From Octopus sinensis (lineage: Eukaryota), in NCBI RefSeq assembly GCF_006345805.1, contig NC_043003.1, forward strand, positions 116,684,001 through 116,748,000: a DNA stretch of 64,000 nt, read 5' to 3'. The notes under the pieces are model-generated. The model saw only the letters and a list, made by a program, of their open reading frames with translations. It was not told the origin of the DNA and did no database searches. Made by a program: the position numbers and the translations under genes. Below are positions 27,850 to 40,505 of this stretch, piece by piece. Position 1 is the first letter of the stretch; each line of letters opens with the position of its first letter.

Positions 27850-28010
27850 GAGTGGAAAAGATGTTTCGATCACGGCTCTTCGTCGGAAAAAGGAAAAAAA
27901 CTTCCAGAGAGGAGGAAAAGGCGGAAGGAGTAGATAGTCCGTATAAAAGCTCGAGCGTCGTTACGTGGCCCTAAATAGTTGGAGAGAGATAAAGAATGTG
28001 GATTTTGAAG
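27850..28010 (-). mobile_element. Decayed HHR-family-2-like cassette
   Basis: Minus strand CCGACGA-A-GAGC-CGT-GATC-GAAAC at 27863-27886; stem I not restorable. Confidence 0.45.
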
Positions 28011-28031
28011 GCACGCACACATATGTATATA

Positions 28032-28117
<86 letters not shown>

Positions 28118-28124
28118 TATTATG

Positions 28125-28155
<31 letters not shown>

Positions 28156-28256
28156 TACAACTAATATAGGATGAAGTTTTTTGTCCTCTACAGAAAAAAA
28201 TTTCATCAAAAAATGTCGCAGCATATTAAAATACCTTTACGGTTAAAATTATAAAC

Positions 28257-28503
28257 AACTTATAAATAAGGGCTAAAGAAAATTATTTCAATATCAATAT
28301 GCTGACAACAGACTATTAAATCGTCAATTTCCACATATAATTTCATATAGAATTTTTAAAAGATTCTAACGGCCGGCTTGCCCGACTTCAGTTCGTCGGT
28401 TTTTTCTGTAGCGAGTAAATTATATGTGGAAATTGTCGATTTAATAGTCTGTTATCAGCATATTGGCATTGAAATAATTTTCTTTAGCCCTTCCTTATAA
28501 GTT
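28257..28503. repeat. Inverted repeat, 87-bp arms, 73-bp spacer
   Basis: 28257-28343 versus 28417-28503, about 6 mismatches. Confidence 0.9.
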
Positions 28504-28518
28504 ATATATATATACATA

Positions 28519-28575
<57 letters not shown>

Positions 28576-28766
28576 TTATTATTTATTTATTTATTTGGTT
28601 GGTTATCGATGAGGGGCTGTTAATTTGTACAAATTGCTTCTTAAGCTCTGGGCTGTTACAAATACACCAGGCTAACAAAATGTTTGGTGAATGGTATTGA
28701 ACTCCAAGTAATTGTATCTTAAGATCTGAAGTGGAATTCTATCACCAGTCAATTTTGTAAATTCAG

Positions 28767-28866
28767 NNNNNNNNNNNNNNNNNNNNNNNNNNNNNNNNNN
28801 NNNNNNNNNNNNNNNNNNNNNNNNNNNNNNNNNNNNNNNNNNNNNNNNNNNNNNNNNNNNNNNNNN
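28767..28866. other. Assembly gap (100 N)
   Basis: Run of N. Confidence 1.
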
Positions 28867-28899
28867 TCATGTTTGGATTAACTATATATAACTATATAT

Positions 28900-29082
28900 A
28901 TACAAAATAAGAAAATGGAGAAATACACCTTAATCAATAATCAACTACCAGATAATACCCAATCACATAATTTATTAAACCACTACATATGAACATTAGT
29001 GGTTTAATAAATTATGTTATTGGGTATTATCTGGTAGTTGATCATTGATTAAGATGTGTTTCTCCATTTTCTTATTTTGTAT
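28900..29082. repeat. Inverted repeat, 86-bp arms, 11-bp spacer
   Basis: 28900-28985 versus 28997-29082, about 4 mismatches. Confidence 0.9.
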
Positions 29083-30174
29083 TATTAATTTGTGGTAAAA
29101 CATTTTACCTTTGCCCATATAATACAGTAAATGAATTAATTGCATCGCAATTCTTAACATTTATGTATTAACTTTGTTGGGTGCTTTACTAGCAGTATAT
29201 TGGATATTTGTTATCCCATGAAGGGTTGCACTCACAACCCCTATCTCAATTTGTAACTATATATATATATATAATTCGTAATAACTAACCAAACTAGACA
29301 GTGGTATGTTGGAATCATTTAATGCGTACATTTCCCATCTGCGTAATATACAACAGTATATGCATGCATTACTTAATACATTCTTCAGTTAAAACATTTC
29401 AAAATATCTTAACTACGGAGCGTCTTACATAATGGATGCGTTCTTAAAACCTACGTATTAAATTATTTCAAAATATCATAATTCAGTTCGACTACATCAT
29501 TTCGGCTCATGCAAATCGATGCCTATTCAAACATAACGGACTAGACTCCATTTATAGGGATACTCGAACAACGATCTGGAGTAATTTGTTCTATTTCACT
29601 TCAGTCGAAAATTCTGGTACTGAACACCGATTCTTAGTATAACACAAAATATACACCCATTCAAAGACATACATTCCAGCAAATATATATATATATGCAT
29701 ATAAACATTAATATATTCTGTTATTAGAATATTATACACTGAATTTATAATGAGTGCTCTCTGTATAAAATGTCAAAAATATTAATACTATAAAGTATTT
29801 AGACATTAATACGAGCGATTATATATACCGTATTTTGAAATATTAATTTATGGTTCAAGCTTAAATACCAAAATAATCTGAGGTTTCTACAGACGAAGAG
29901 GTGTTACGGTGTGTATTAAAAGTCATCAACAATGAGACAGATTTACTATCAGGTGGGGAGATAGACAAAAGGGTGTCACTAGTCATCAATTTTCACCTCC
30001 TCATCTCCATATATGTCCGCAGAATTGGTGCACACATAAATGTACGTATAAACACATCATCTACAATCCCAGAACATAGAGTTACACTATATATACATAT
30101 ATGTGTGTGTGCGTATATACATACAGATACACACACCACACACACACACACGCACATAACACACACACACACAC

Positions 30175-30231
<57 letters not shown>

Positions 30232-30233
<2 letters not shown>

Positions 30234-30629
30234 GGTTGATTCAAAAAGTAATATCATTTTGTTTAGGCCAGGTATAATTATCAAGACAGGAATGTTTATC
30301 ATACATCAAAATGAAGCTGGCCTCTTGGACTATCATCTCTTCGGCCGCATGAAAGAGAGTTTGAGAAGCAAACATTATTTCAGTGACAAGGATGTGAAAA
30401 CTCTAGTGAAGACGTGGCTCAAAGAACAGTCAACAGAATTTTACAGGGCAGGAATACATGCTCTCATTCGAAGGTGGAACATTGCTATTGAGAGAAACAA
30501 TGACTATGTTGAGGAGGAGAGTTGTGATCCACAGTGGACCAGCTTCATTTTGATGTAGGATACATGTTCCTGTGTTAGTAATTATACCAGTCCTAAACAA
30601 AATGGCATTACTTTTTTGACTCACCCTCG
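30232..30629 (+). mobile_element. Internally deleted mariner element
   Basis: ~90-bp imperfect TIRs (30232-30320, 30539-30629) flanked by TA; interior reads DYHLFGRMKESLRSKHY...WLKEQSTEFYRAGIHALIRRWNIAIERNNDYVE (mariner C-terminus). Confidence 0.9.
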
Positions 30630-30665
30630 TATATAATATATATATATATATATATATCATTCACT

Positions 30666-30880
30666 ATGTGACCGCGCGTGTATCGTTGGCGATATTCTTT
30701 CCTCCGTCTTCCCTTCCTGGGATCTTTCTTTTTCATATGTTTCTGAAGAAGAGCCCCGCTCGAAACGTTAAATCCTCCTTCTTTCTTTCCTCTCCTGAGC
30801 CTCCAATAATACTATACTGGTTCCACGTCCTCGCGTTGTTGTGTTTTCTTTCTGTGTTTTCATGTTCGGATTAACTATAT
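30666..30880 (+). mobile_element. HHR-family-2 cassette
   Basis: Homologous to 8986-9190; flanked by (TA)n on both sides. Confidence 0.8.
30739..30773 (+). ncRNA. Minimal type-I hammerhead, canonical core plus extra A
   Basis: GUUU/AAAU stem I, CUGAAGA, A, GAGC-CCC-GCUC, GAAA, palindromic ACGU stem III, GUU triplet ending 30769. Confidence 0.75.
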
Positions 30881-30952
30881 ATATATATATAACTTTATGT
30901 ATATATAACTTTATATATATAAGCACTTACACACATATAATCTTTTATTTCT

Positions 30953-31094
30953 TTCAGAAATTTGACATGCTAGAGCAAAGCCTTGAAGGAGTTAATCGAA
31001 GAGATGGATCCCAGAAATTATTCTTTGGCAGCCTAGTACTTATTTTATCGTTTCTTTTGCCAAACCACTATGTTAGGTGGACAAAAGTACACAA

Positions 31095-31177
<83 letters not shown>

Positions 31178-31345
31178 CGATACGACTGGCTTCTTTCAGT
31201 TTCCGTCTACCAAATCCAATTACAAGTATTTGGACAGTCCGAAGCTATCGTAGAAGGCACTTACGTAAGGTGCCACACAGTGGGACTGAACCCGGAACCA
31301 TGTGGCTGGAGAGGAAGCTTCTTACTACACACCATCACCTGCGCC
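30953..31345 (-). mobile_element. SINE family A, diverged
   Basis: Reverse copy with internal (CA)n(TA)n. Confidence 0.75.
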
Positions 31346-31435
31346 TTCATATATATATATATATATATAATATATAATATATATATATAATATATATATA
31401 CATATTTATATATCAATACATATATTTAAATAGAC

Positions 31436-31468
<33 letters not shown>

Positions 31469-31559
31469 CATACATACATACCTACATACATACATACACA
31501 CATACATATATACATACATACATAGATGGATAGATATATAGATAGATAACTTGTTAGAC

Positions 31560-31616
<57 letters not shown>

Positions 31617-31656
31617 CATAGATAGATAGATACATAGATAGATAGATAGATAGATC

Positions 31657-31717
<61 letters not shown>

Positions 31718-32067
31718 GTTTCTTTATTAGCCACATAGGGCTGCACATAGATGGGACAAGGTAGAGCTTTTCTTTTGGGGGATGGAAAAAAAGAAGAAAA
31801 AAGATAGATAGATAGATATGCAAGGTATATGTGTGTGTCTTCGTACACATATTTTATTCAGGACGGAATACCGCTTATCCATAAAGCTGTTTGCACATAC
31901 ATACCCATACATATACATGCATATATTATATCTATATATCCGTGTATATATATATATATTATGCAATATATATTAGGAGAGGCAATACAGACGAAGATAT
32001 TATGATATACTCTCAAATACACACGCTCACTCATACTCACAGACACACCTATGTGTGTATGTGTATG

Positions 32068-32099
<32 letters not shown>

Positions 32100-34011
32100 A
32101 TATATATATAGCCGAAATTGCTGATGATCTGGTTCTTGACTGATGACTGAGGGCTTCGAATGTCCCGCCTGTGGTTTTGTGTCGTCTCTGTGGTGTTTCA
32201 TTTCTTGTCCATGTCTGTATTTAATTTTACTGTTACCTAATATATATATGTATGCGTTTGTGTTTGCATCCTTATTTTTGTAAGTAAGAATCATCCAAAG
32301 TGCCAGCATCAAAACGCAGAGCCTTCTTTTATTCGCCGAACCATTTTAGTTCGTGTGAATAGATCGGATGGCCTCTGTGATGCTTCTAAACAATATCGCC
32401 ATCAAATAATAAGATTTAAAGACAAGCATCAGTAAGTGACATCTTTTCACAATAATGACTTAAATTGATGCATACAACAACAATACTTAATCTCATCTCC
32501 CGATACAACAACAACAACAACACACTTGTACAGTTACAGAATCAATGCACCAAAAGTCACTCGCAGAAACATAGATGTAAACACACACACACAAACACAC
32601 ACACACACACACACATACACATGCACATGTACACACACACACATACTAGCACACACACACACACAAAAACACACACACACAAACACACACACACACACGT
32701 ACACAGACATACAACACACACACACACATACACACACACATACACACACACATACACAAACACACATAGACACACCACACACATACACACACACACATAC
32801 ACACACACACACATACACACACATGCACACACAAACACACACACACATACACATTCGTGCAATTTTAAGAGATACCAGTTCACATATATTGAAAGCACAG
32901 CAACACACACACACACACATACACGCACACACACATACTCACACACACACACACACATACACACACACACACACACACAGCAACACACACACGTGCGCAT
33001 ATGTGTCACGTCCGCATAACTTCCACATTGCTTTTCACAAACGGTTGCAAAAGTTGAATTATTATTTCTTTCTCAGGCATTTCTCTCACAGATCCATGGT
33101 GGTTTTTATAATATAAACATTGACCAACACATTTTGTACGCTGTTCTTTTCAGCTGTCAGTGTAGCAGGCGGCACGTGGTGTGATATGCCTCAAAGGAAA
33201 TGTGACTATCCATTGTGTTCGTGGCAAAGTGGCTTGGACAAGCCACCATGCAGTGCTGGGCGTTGCTTCTCACTGCGGCTTGTCATAATTAGTGAGTACA
33301 GGTCAATGCCAAGGGAAATGATCGAAGGAAAGGCGAACGATACCCTGCTGATAGATCCGTACTACTTAGTCTTCGGGGCATTGTGAACATGCTCACAAGG
33401 TGGAGTTGGTGCTGGCGCTGGTAGAAGAGGGTGGAACGTGGTGCCGGTGGCGGTGGTGGTTCAGCTGCTGGTAATATTAGTGGCGGTGGTGGTGGTGGTG
33501 GTGGTGGTAGGTGCCTAGGGGTTTGGTTGAAACCGTTTTTGACTTTCCATACTATCCCTCACCGCATCATAGTTAAACCTGCAACGCATCTAGAACAACG
33601 ATGAAACTGACCCTCGGTTATTAGCTGCCGATATTTTGTAACTACGGCTTGATTTTCTCGGAATTCCATAGATAGAGACTTCCTGAAAATCGAGCAAGAA
33701 TTTCCGCAATGTATTGAAATTGTACTTCACTTGTATAAAATATTCACCAATTTATCGTTAAAGCTTCCCAAACGGCAGGTTTCAAAAGTGATAACAAAAT
33801 AGAAACGATCATTCTATTGTAAGACACAATCGTGGCTATTTTCGTTATTCTTCACCATTTATATAACTTTGCGCGGCGCTCTTTCAAAATAGGTGAAGGA
33901 ATACAAAATACTCTACGAATAAAAGTTAATGGCATTGGAATGGGAACATGTACATTATTACGAAGTGATCAAAAGGAGGTCGACGATGACGATGATGGTG
34001 ATGATGATGAT

Positions 34012-34668
34012 GATTATGAGGATGAGGAGAAGGAAGAGGAGGAGGAGTATTTTCATAACGATGAGCAGAAGAATGGGGATGCCGACTGCGACAAAAGGGA
34101 CAAAAGCATAGAAACAATATAGCGTTCCGAGTTCGAATTCAGCCGAGGTGGACTTTGTCTTTCATCATTTATGGGTTGATAGAATAAGTAACGGATCTTT
34201 TCGGTTTGAACGGCAGTTTTTTCTAGCGGTGTCATATGAAATTGTCACCCATAATTTTATCCTTAGCTGCAATATCTTCAGAAAAAATGTTCTTGTTCTG
34301 TACTTTACTAGATGTGATAAGTTGTCCTGAACTTTTCCAAGTGTAAATAACAAGTCCTGTACTTTTCTAGGTTTATATTAAGAATATTGTTTCTCTTGCT
34401 CGGATTCTTCCATGTAATCCAGTTTTTTGCCAGGCTATGCTATAATGCTAATTGATAATGTATCAATTAATAATTAATAATGATTATGAAGAAGAGGAGG
34501 AAGAGAAGGAAGAGGGAGAGGAGTATTTTCATAACGATGAGCAGAAGAATGGGGATGCCGACTGCGACAAAAAAGGACAAAAGCATAGAAACAATATAGC
34601 GTTCCGAGCTCGAATTCAGCCGAGGTGGACTTTGTCTTTCATCATTTAAGGGTTGATAAAATAAGTAA
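34012..34668. repeat. Direct duplication of ~180 bp around a ~290-bp insert
   Basis: 34012-34191 and 34482-34668 near-identical; insert begins with the same MITE TIR as 37100. Confidence 0.85.
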
Positions 34669-34734
34669 CAATTGATCACTGAGATCCATGTAGTCGACAA
34701 GCACTTTCACCCCCAAATTTCAGTTTCAGTTTCA

Positions 34735-34891
34735 TGGTACTTATTTAATCGACCCCGAAAGGATGAAAGGCAAAGTCGACCTCGGCGGAATTTGAACTCA
34801 GAACGTGACAGCAGGCGAAATACTGCTAAGCATTTCGCCCAGCGTGCTAACGATCCTACCACCTCACCGCCTTTCATAATAATAATAACAA

Positions 34892-34988
<97 letters not shown>

Positions 34989-35345
34989 GGGAGGAGACTA
35001 GTCATTTATATTGACGCCAGTGTGTCACTGGCACTTAATTTATCGACCCCGAAAGGTTAAAAGGCAAAGTCGACCACGGCGGAATTTGAACTCAGAACAT
35101 TGCGGCAGACGAAATACCTCTTTCTTTACTACCCACAAGGGGCTAAACACAGAGAGGACAAACAAGGGCAGACAAATGGATTAAGTCGATTATATCGATC
35201 CCAGTGCGTAACTGGTACTTATTTAATCGATTCCGAAAGGATGAAAGGCAAAGTCGACCTCGGCGGAATTTGAACACAGAACGTTGTGACCAGCGAAAGG
35301 ACGCTCAGCATTTCGTCCAGCGTGCTTAACGATTCTGCTAGCTCC
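34735..35345 (-). mobile_element. SINE family B cluster (one monomer and a tandem dimer, separated by (AAT)n)
   Basis: Three family-B central domains; dimer junction at 35111-35124. Confidence 0.8.
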
Positions 35346-35640
35346 CCAATGCTTTCCACAATAAAAAGGCCCCACCTTCCTTGCAACAGTGTTTTTTTTT
35401 TTTCTTTTAAGTGTACAATATTCAGAAACCCCATTGTGGTTTGATTAGGCTTAGAGGTAGGAGCTAGTATTTGTCTTGCACTTTCGTTTCGTAGAATTCC
35501 AAGCTGGAGCCGGATCAGTAAACATTTCTTTGAAGCGAGATTATTTCTCTGAAATACATTAAGTGTCACGTAACACTTTTGAAATACCGGCACAATTTTG
35601 GTTCCAGTTAATCGCTAAGGCAATTCGGTGATAAAGTTTA

Positions 35641-36028
35641 ACTCTCTTTTACTCTTTACTCTTTTACATGTTTCAGTCATTTGACTGCAGCCATGCTGGA
35701 GCACCACCTTTAATCGAGCAAGTCGACCCCGGGACTTATTCTTTGTAAGCCCAGTACTTATTCTATCGGTCTCTTTTGCCGAACCGCTAATTGACGGGGA
35801 CGTAAACACACCAGCATCGGTTGTCAAGCAATGCTAGGGGGACAAATACAGACACTCAAACATACACGCACATATATATATATATATATATACATATATA
35901 CGACGGGCTTCTTTCAGTTTCCGTCTACAAAATCCACTCACAAGGCTTTGGTCGGCCCGAGGCTATAGTAGAAGACATCTGCCCAAGGTGCCACGCAGTG
36001 GGACTTACCACACAGCCTCTCCTGCGCC
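35641..36028 (-). mobile_element. SINE family A with small head deletion
   Basis: Reverse copy. Confidence 0.85.
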
Positions 36029-36530
36029 TATTAGCTGTAACAGTTTTCCACTGATACTTAATTTTAACCGTATCATATGCGATTTTGCTCAATGGTGATT
36101 CGCCTAATCGCGTTTGTCGTAATGGCGCACAAATCATTCTCACTGTTCCAAAAATCCCTTATGTCAGAGCGAAATCCAATATATTTGCAAAAATGAGGAT
36201 TTGGGTTTGACTTAATTGTATGATGTGGATGATCCGAGAGACAGTCAAAATAAATGTGGGACAATGTAGCCTTTCAAAATAAATCTGTCAGTACACGGCC
36301 TTCTAAACCTTAATTTCTCTGACTAGAAACACGGCAATGGCTGACTGTTATACAATTCACACCATAAGTCCCTTGGCGTCTATAGCGGAAGAGATTTCCC
36401 AAAAATGCATCTAACCCACTAGTTAATGGTTATGGAGCGAATTCTTGAAGTTTTTGGCCATTGTCTCAACACTCATGGAATCATATACATAAATGCATGC
36501 AAACATGCCACATTTAATTGAGAAAACGTC

Positions 36531-36938
36531 GGAGTGGCTGTGTGGTAAGTAGCTTGTTTACCAACCACATGATCCCGGGTTCAGTCCCACTGCCTGGCAC
36601 CTTGGGCAAGTGTCTTCTACTATAGCCCCAGGCCGACTAAAGCCTTGTGAGTGGATTTGGTAGACGGAAACCGAAAGAAGCCCGTCGTATATATGCATAT
36701 ATATATATATATGTGTGTATGTTTGTGTGTCTGTGTTTTTCCCCCTAGCGTTGCTTGACAACCGATGCTGGTGTGTTTATGTCCCCGTAACCTAGCGGTT
36801 CGGCTAAAGAAACCGATAGAATAAGTACTGGACTTACAAAAGAATAAGTCCCGGGGTCGAGTTGCTCGATTAAAGGCGGTGCTCCAGCATAGCCGCAGTC
36901 AAATGACTGAAACAAGTAAAAGAGTAAAAGAGAAAGAG
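36531..36938 (+). mobile_element. SINE family A
   Basis: Near full-length copy. Confidence 0.9.
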
Positions 36939-37099
36939 TAATATATATGTATACACATGCACACATATATTTGTGTGTGTGTGAGTGTGTGTGTGTGTGT
37001 GTGTGTGTTTGTGTGTGTTCTAGAAAGTAGTAGGGATGCCCAAATCGAGGTAAATGCCTTGTAAGCATTCGATAAAACATGGTATATTATAACATTGTA

Positions 37100-37535
37100 G
37101 GATCTTTTCGGTTTGAACGGCAGTTTTTTCTAGCGGTGTCATATGAAATTGTCACCCATAATTATGACCCTAGTATCGATCTATTGCATTTCAATCTATC
37201 TTAGGGTTAGGGTTAGGGGTGGGGTTAGTGGTAGGGTTAGATGTGGGGGGAAGGGTATCTTTTTTTCTTCACAAATGTAAATAAACCCAATCTGTTTCTT
37301 AAACGAGGGACATATTCATACGGCACAGAATGTTGTTTACCTCAATAGACGTCAGTGATTGGTTGAAATTGCAGAAATTGAAGAAAAAAAACCAAATCTT
37401 ACAAACTATAGAATTTTCTCAATAAAACTAAGAGAAAAAGATGTTTTATAAACACATTCTACCAGTATACGATGTTTAAATTGTTTAGTTACCTAGAAAT
37501 TATGTTAAAAACTGCCGTTCAAACAGAAAAGATCC
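37100..37535. mobile_element. MITE with ~29-bp TIRs and internal (TTAGGG)n
   Basis: GGATCTTTTCGGTTTGAACGGCAGTTTTT ... AAAAACTGCCGTTCAAACAGAAAAGATCC; TTAGGG repeats at 37201-37240; superfamily not determined. Confidence 0.85.
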
Positions 37536-38227
37536 CAAACGTCGTTAACTAATTGCAAATCAGCAGTGTCGCGTTGATAATCTTTCATTACTTCAATAAT
37601 GCCGGTGACATATATTAAAAGTCTCCTATAGAACTATATTCCTAAAAGTGTATAGAACTATATTATCACCCTCAAATTTGAGATTCAAACACTCATATCC
37701 TTTATCTTTTAAAACGTCATTGCATGAGATTGATACCATAAAGTTCCTCGGAGTGAGCTCTATCATTTAAGCTTAATTAAAATATAGTTTGTTTTTAAAA
37801 TTAAAAAAATTTCATTATACTTAAATCAAATTTTTTGCCTTATTTATACCTTTTTCATGATATTTTCCTTCACAACTTTTTTTATACAAATTTTTGTTGC
37901 ATGAGAGCACAACTATGAAATTCTTCTTGCTTTCTTCTATCTTTGAAGCTAAGATATATTTTGCTATTGAAGTAAAAAAAAAAGATATTTAGATGGAAAC
38001 CTGATTGGTGGCGTTACTTAAGCCCCTATTATGTTGCTACAAATTTTGAGGCAAACTTTTTTCTACTGGACCAAATATCATTTTCTTATGCCAAAATATA
38101 GCTAGGGACGAATCCGTTTCAAATATGTTACGAGTTTTCATTTTGGCTAAGAGATGAACTAGCGACAAAACTGTGAGGATGCTGCGTGTGAATAAAAGCC
38201 TTAAGAACATTATTCAACTTCTACCGC

Positions 38228-38457
38228 GGCGAGCTGGTAGAAACGTTAGCACGCCGGGCGAAATTCGTAGCCGTATTTCGTATTTCGTCTGTCGTTACGT
38301 TCCGAGTTCAAATTCCGCCGAGGTCGACTTTGCCTTTCATCCTTTCGGGGTCGATAAATTAAGTACCAGTTACGCACTGGGGTCGATGTAGTCGACTTAA
38401 TCCCTTTGTCTGTCCTTGTTTGTCTCCTCTGTGTTTAGCCCCTTGTGGGTAGTAAAG

Positions 38458-38462
<5 letters not shown>
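38228..38462 (+). mobile_element. SINE family B, full length
   Basis: Head through GTAAAGAAATA tail. Confidence 0.9.
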
Positions 38463-38507
<45 letters not shown>

Positions 38508-38624
38508 GATAAAACGGTAAGATAACAAAAGAAAGAAAGAGACCTCAATATTATGTAAATAGGGTTATCTGGCTATTTGAAAACGTTATGAAAAAACATT
38601 TTTTCATAACGTTTTCAAATAGCC

Positions 38625-38687
38625 AGATAACCGAAGAGATGGTGTTGTGGATTTCCACTTCGGCATCTGAAACTCAGAGTTTTATCT
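38625..38687 (+). ncRNA. Type-I hammerhead fold, U4C core (family 4-like stem III)
   Basis: Stem I AGAUAA/UUAUCU, CCGAAGA, GAUG/CAUC with extra U before GAAA, stem III ACUC-A-GAGU, GUU triplet ending 38681. Confidence 0.65.
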
Positions 38688-38710
38688 TGACTACCGAGTA
38701 ATTAACATAT

Positions 38711-38759
<49 letters not shown>

Positions 38760-38839
38760 TATATATTAATATATATATATATATGTATATATGTATGTGT
38801 GTGTGTATGTATGTATGTATGTATATACATACATATATA

Positions 38840-39030
38840 TGTCCTTACCTTCGTACGCGGGGTAGACGAAACAGGGACAACTGAAGAAGGGGAACATTCC
38901 TTGTGTTGTATGTCTTGTAGTCCGTTTTTTCTCAGTTTGAAAAAGTTCCTTTTTTTTATGTTTTCGTTTATCATTGTGTTCAACGTTTTTTTTATCTCCT
39001 GTACCCATATATGCATGTATATATACATAT
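38840..39030 (+). mobile_element. Family-6 cassette
   Basis: Homologous to 26120-26345 (-). Confidence 0.7.
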
Positions 39031-39759
39031 AGATATTGGTATGTACATATATGTATGTGTATATGCATATATTTATATATTATTTATACTATTATACTTA
39101 TATATATATACATATATACATATATACATACACACATATATATAAATATATATATATACATATATACATATATACATACATATATATATATATATACAAA
39201 CAGATTCATGCTTATATATGGATGTATGCATGTGTGTTTATAGTGCATGAGCTCAAAATTACCTGGATAGCCTTTGCATATTACGCATAAATATATTCAT
39301 ATTATTCGTGCATATGTAATTGTAAATCTAAAAATATATAATTTTTATATATTTGAGAATAACTAAACAATTCTGTCGAAATTCTTAAATATTTGTCAGT
39401 TGAATTTGCATTTATGCCAGTTATATTTGGTCGATGTATATTCATTCTAGCACACAAGCCAGAACAACAGGAGCATGAAATGGGGGTTCCTTTATTTTCT
39501 TCTCTTTTTTTTTTGTTTTGTTTCCAACATACGGCATATCTGTTATCTTGGTTCATCACGCGGATGTTTCAGAAATATTTAAAAAATGTGAACTATAGAT
39601 TGTAGAATTACTTTTTCGAGTCACTGCAAAGAAGTGTCATTTTGTGGTATATGCGGATGCATACCTTCAGACACGCGTTGACATACGTGTGGGTATGCAA
39701 GTATATAAATACTACACACACACAAAAATACACACGTATCTACACACACGCATAAATAC

Positions 39760-39794
<35 letters not shown>

Positions 39795-39799
39795 ATATA

Positions 39800-39845
<46 letters not shown>

Positions 39846-40309
39846 TATATATTAAATATATATATATATATTATATATATATATTATATATATATATATA
39901 AAATATGTTACGAAAAGGAATATAAAATACACGTGGAAAAGTATGGGTAAAATACGAAAAATCAACGAAAATGCATATTGCAAATAGAAAAAGGGTATTT
40001 ATGACAGGTAGTGACAAATATATACATTTAGATTGACTGAGGTAGTAACACGAGTCATAAAAGTCATTATTATGAGATGATTATAAGATGATAATAAAGT
40101 AAGAGGACAAAACGAAGCAATAATTTACGCGAAGGCTATTCATCGTTTGATATATATATATATATATATATACACATATGATTAGGTGGATGCATATAGG
40201 TACGTACATGCATATATTTCTATACATGCATGCATACGTACGTACACACACACACACACGCATACACACACACACACATATATATTATATATATATATAA
40301 CTTTAAAAA

Positions 40310-40505
40310 AACGGAGAAAAAGGCAACAAGTAAAAAACAACAACGTGACGACGTAGCGCATGCAATGTATTAATAAGATGATCAGAGAAGGAAAAGAGTG
40401 GTTGTTTTACCTTTCGAGCATAACACTTCTTCGGAAGTAGGAAACAGGAAAGTCCAAAGGAAAAGAAAGAAGGAGAAAAACAATCGCCAACAGTCCACGT
40501 GTAGT
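40310..40505 (-). mobile_element. HHR-family-2 cassette, decayed core
   Basis: Minus strand CTGTTGGCGATT...CCGAAGA-A-GTGT-TAT-GCTC-GAAAGGTA. Confidence 0.6.

Noticed and set aside
32110-32170. GAAA plus two CTGATGA motifs beside (TA)n
   Set aside because: No consistent three-stem fold in any topology; may be a rearranged remnant.
33832-34122. Acidic D/E-rich 96-aa ORF
   Set aside because: Built from (GAT)n/(GAG)n repeats, runs into a SINE fragment, and is partly duplicated at 34482.
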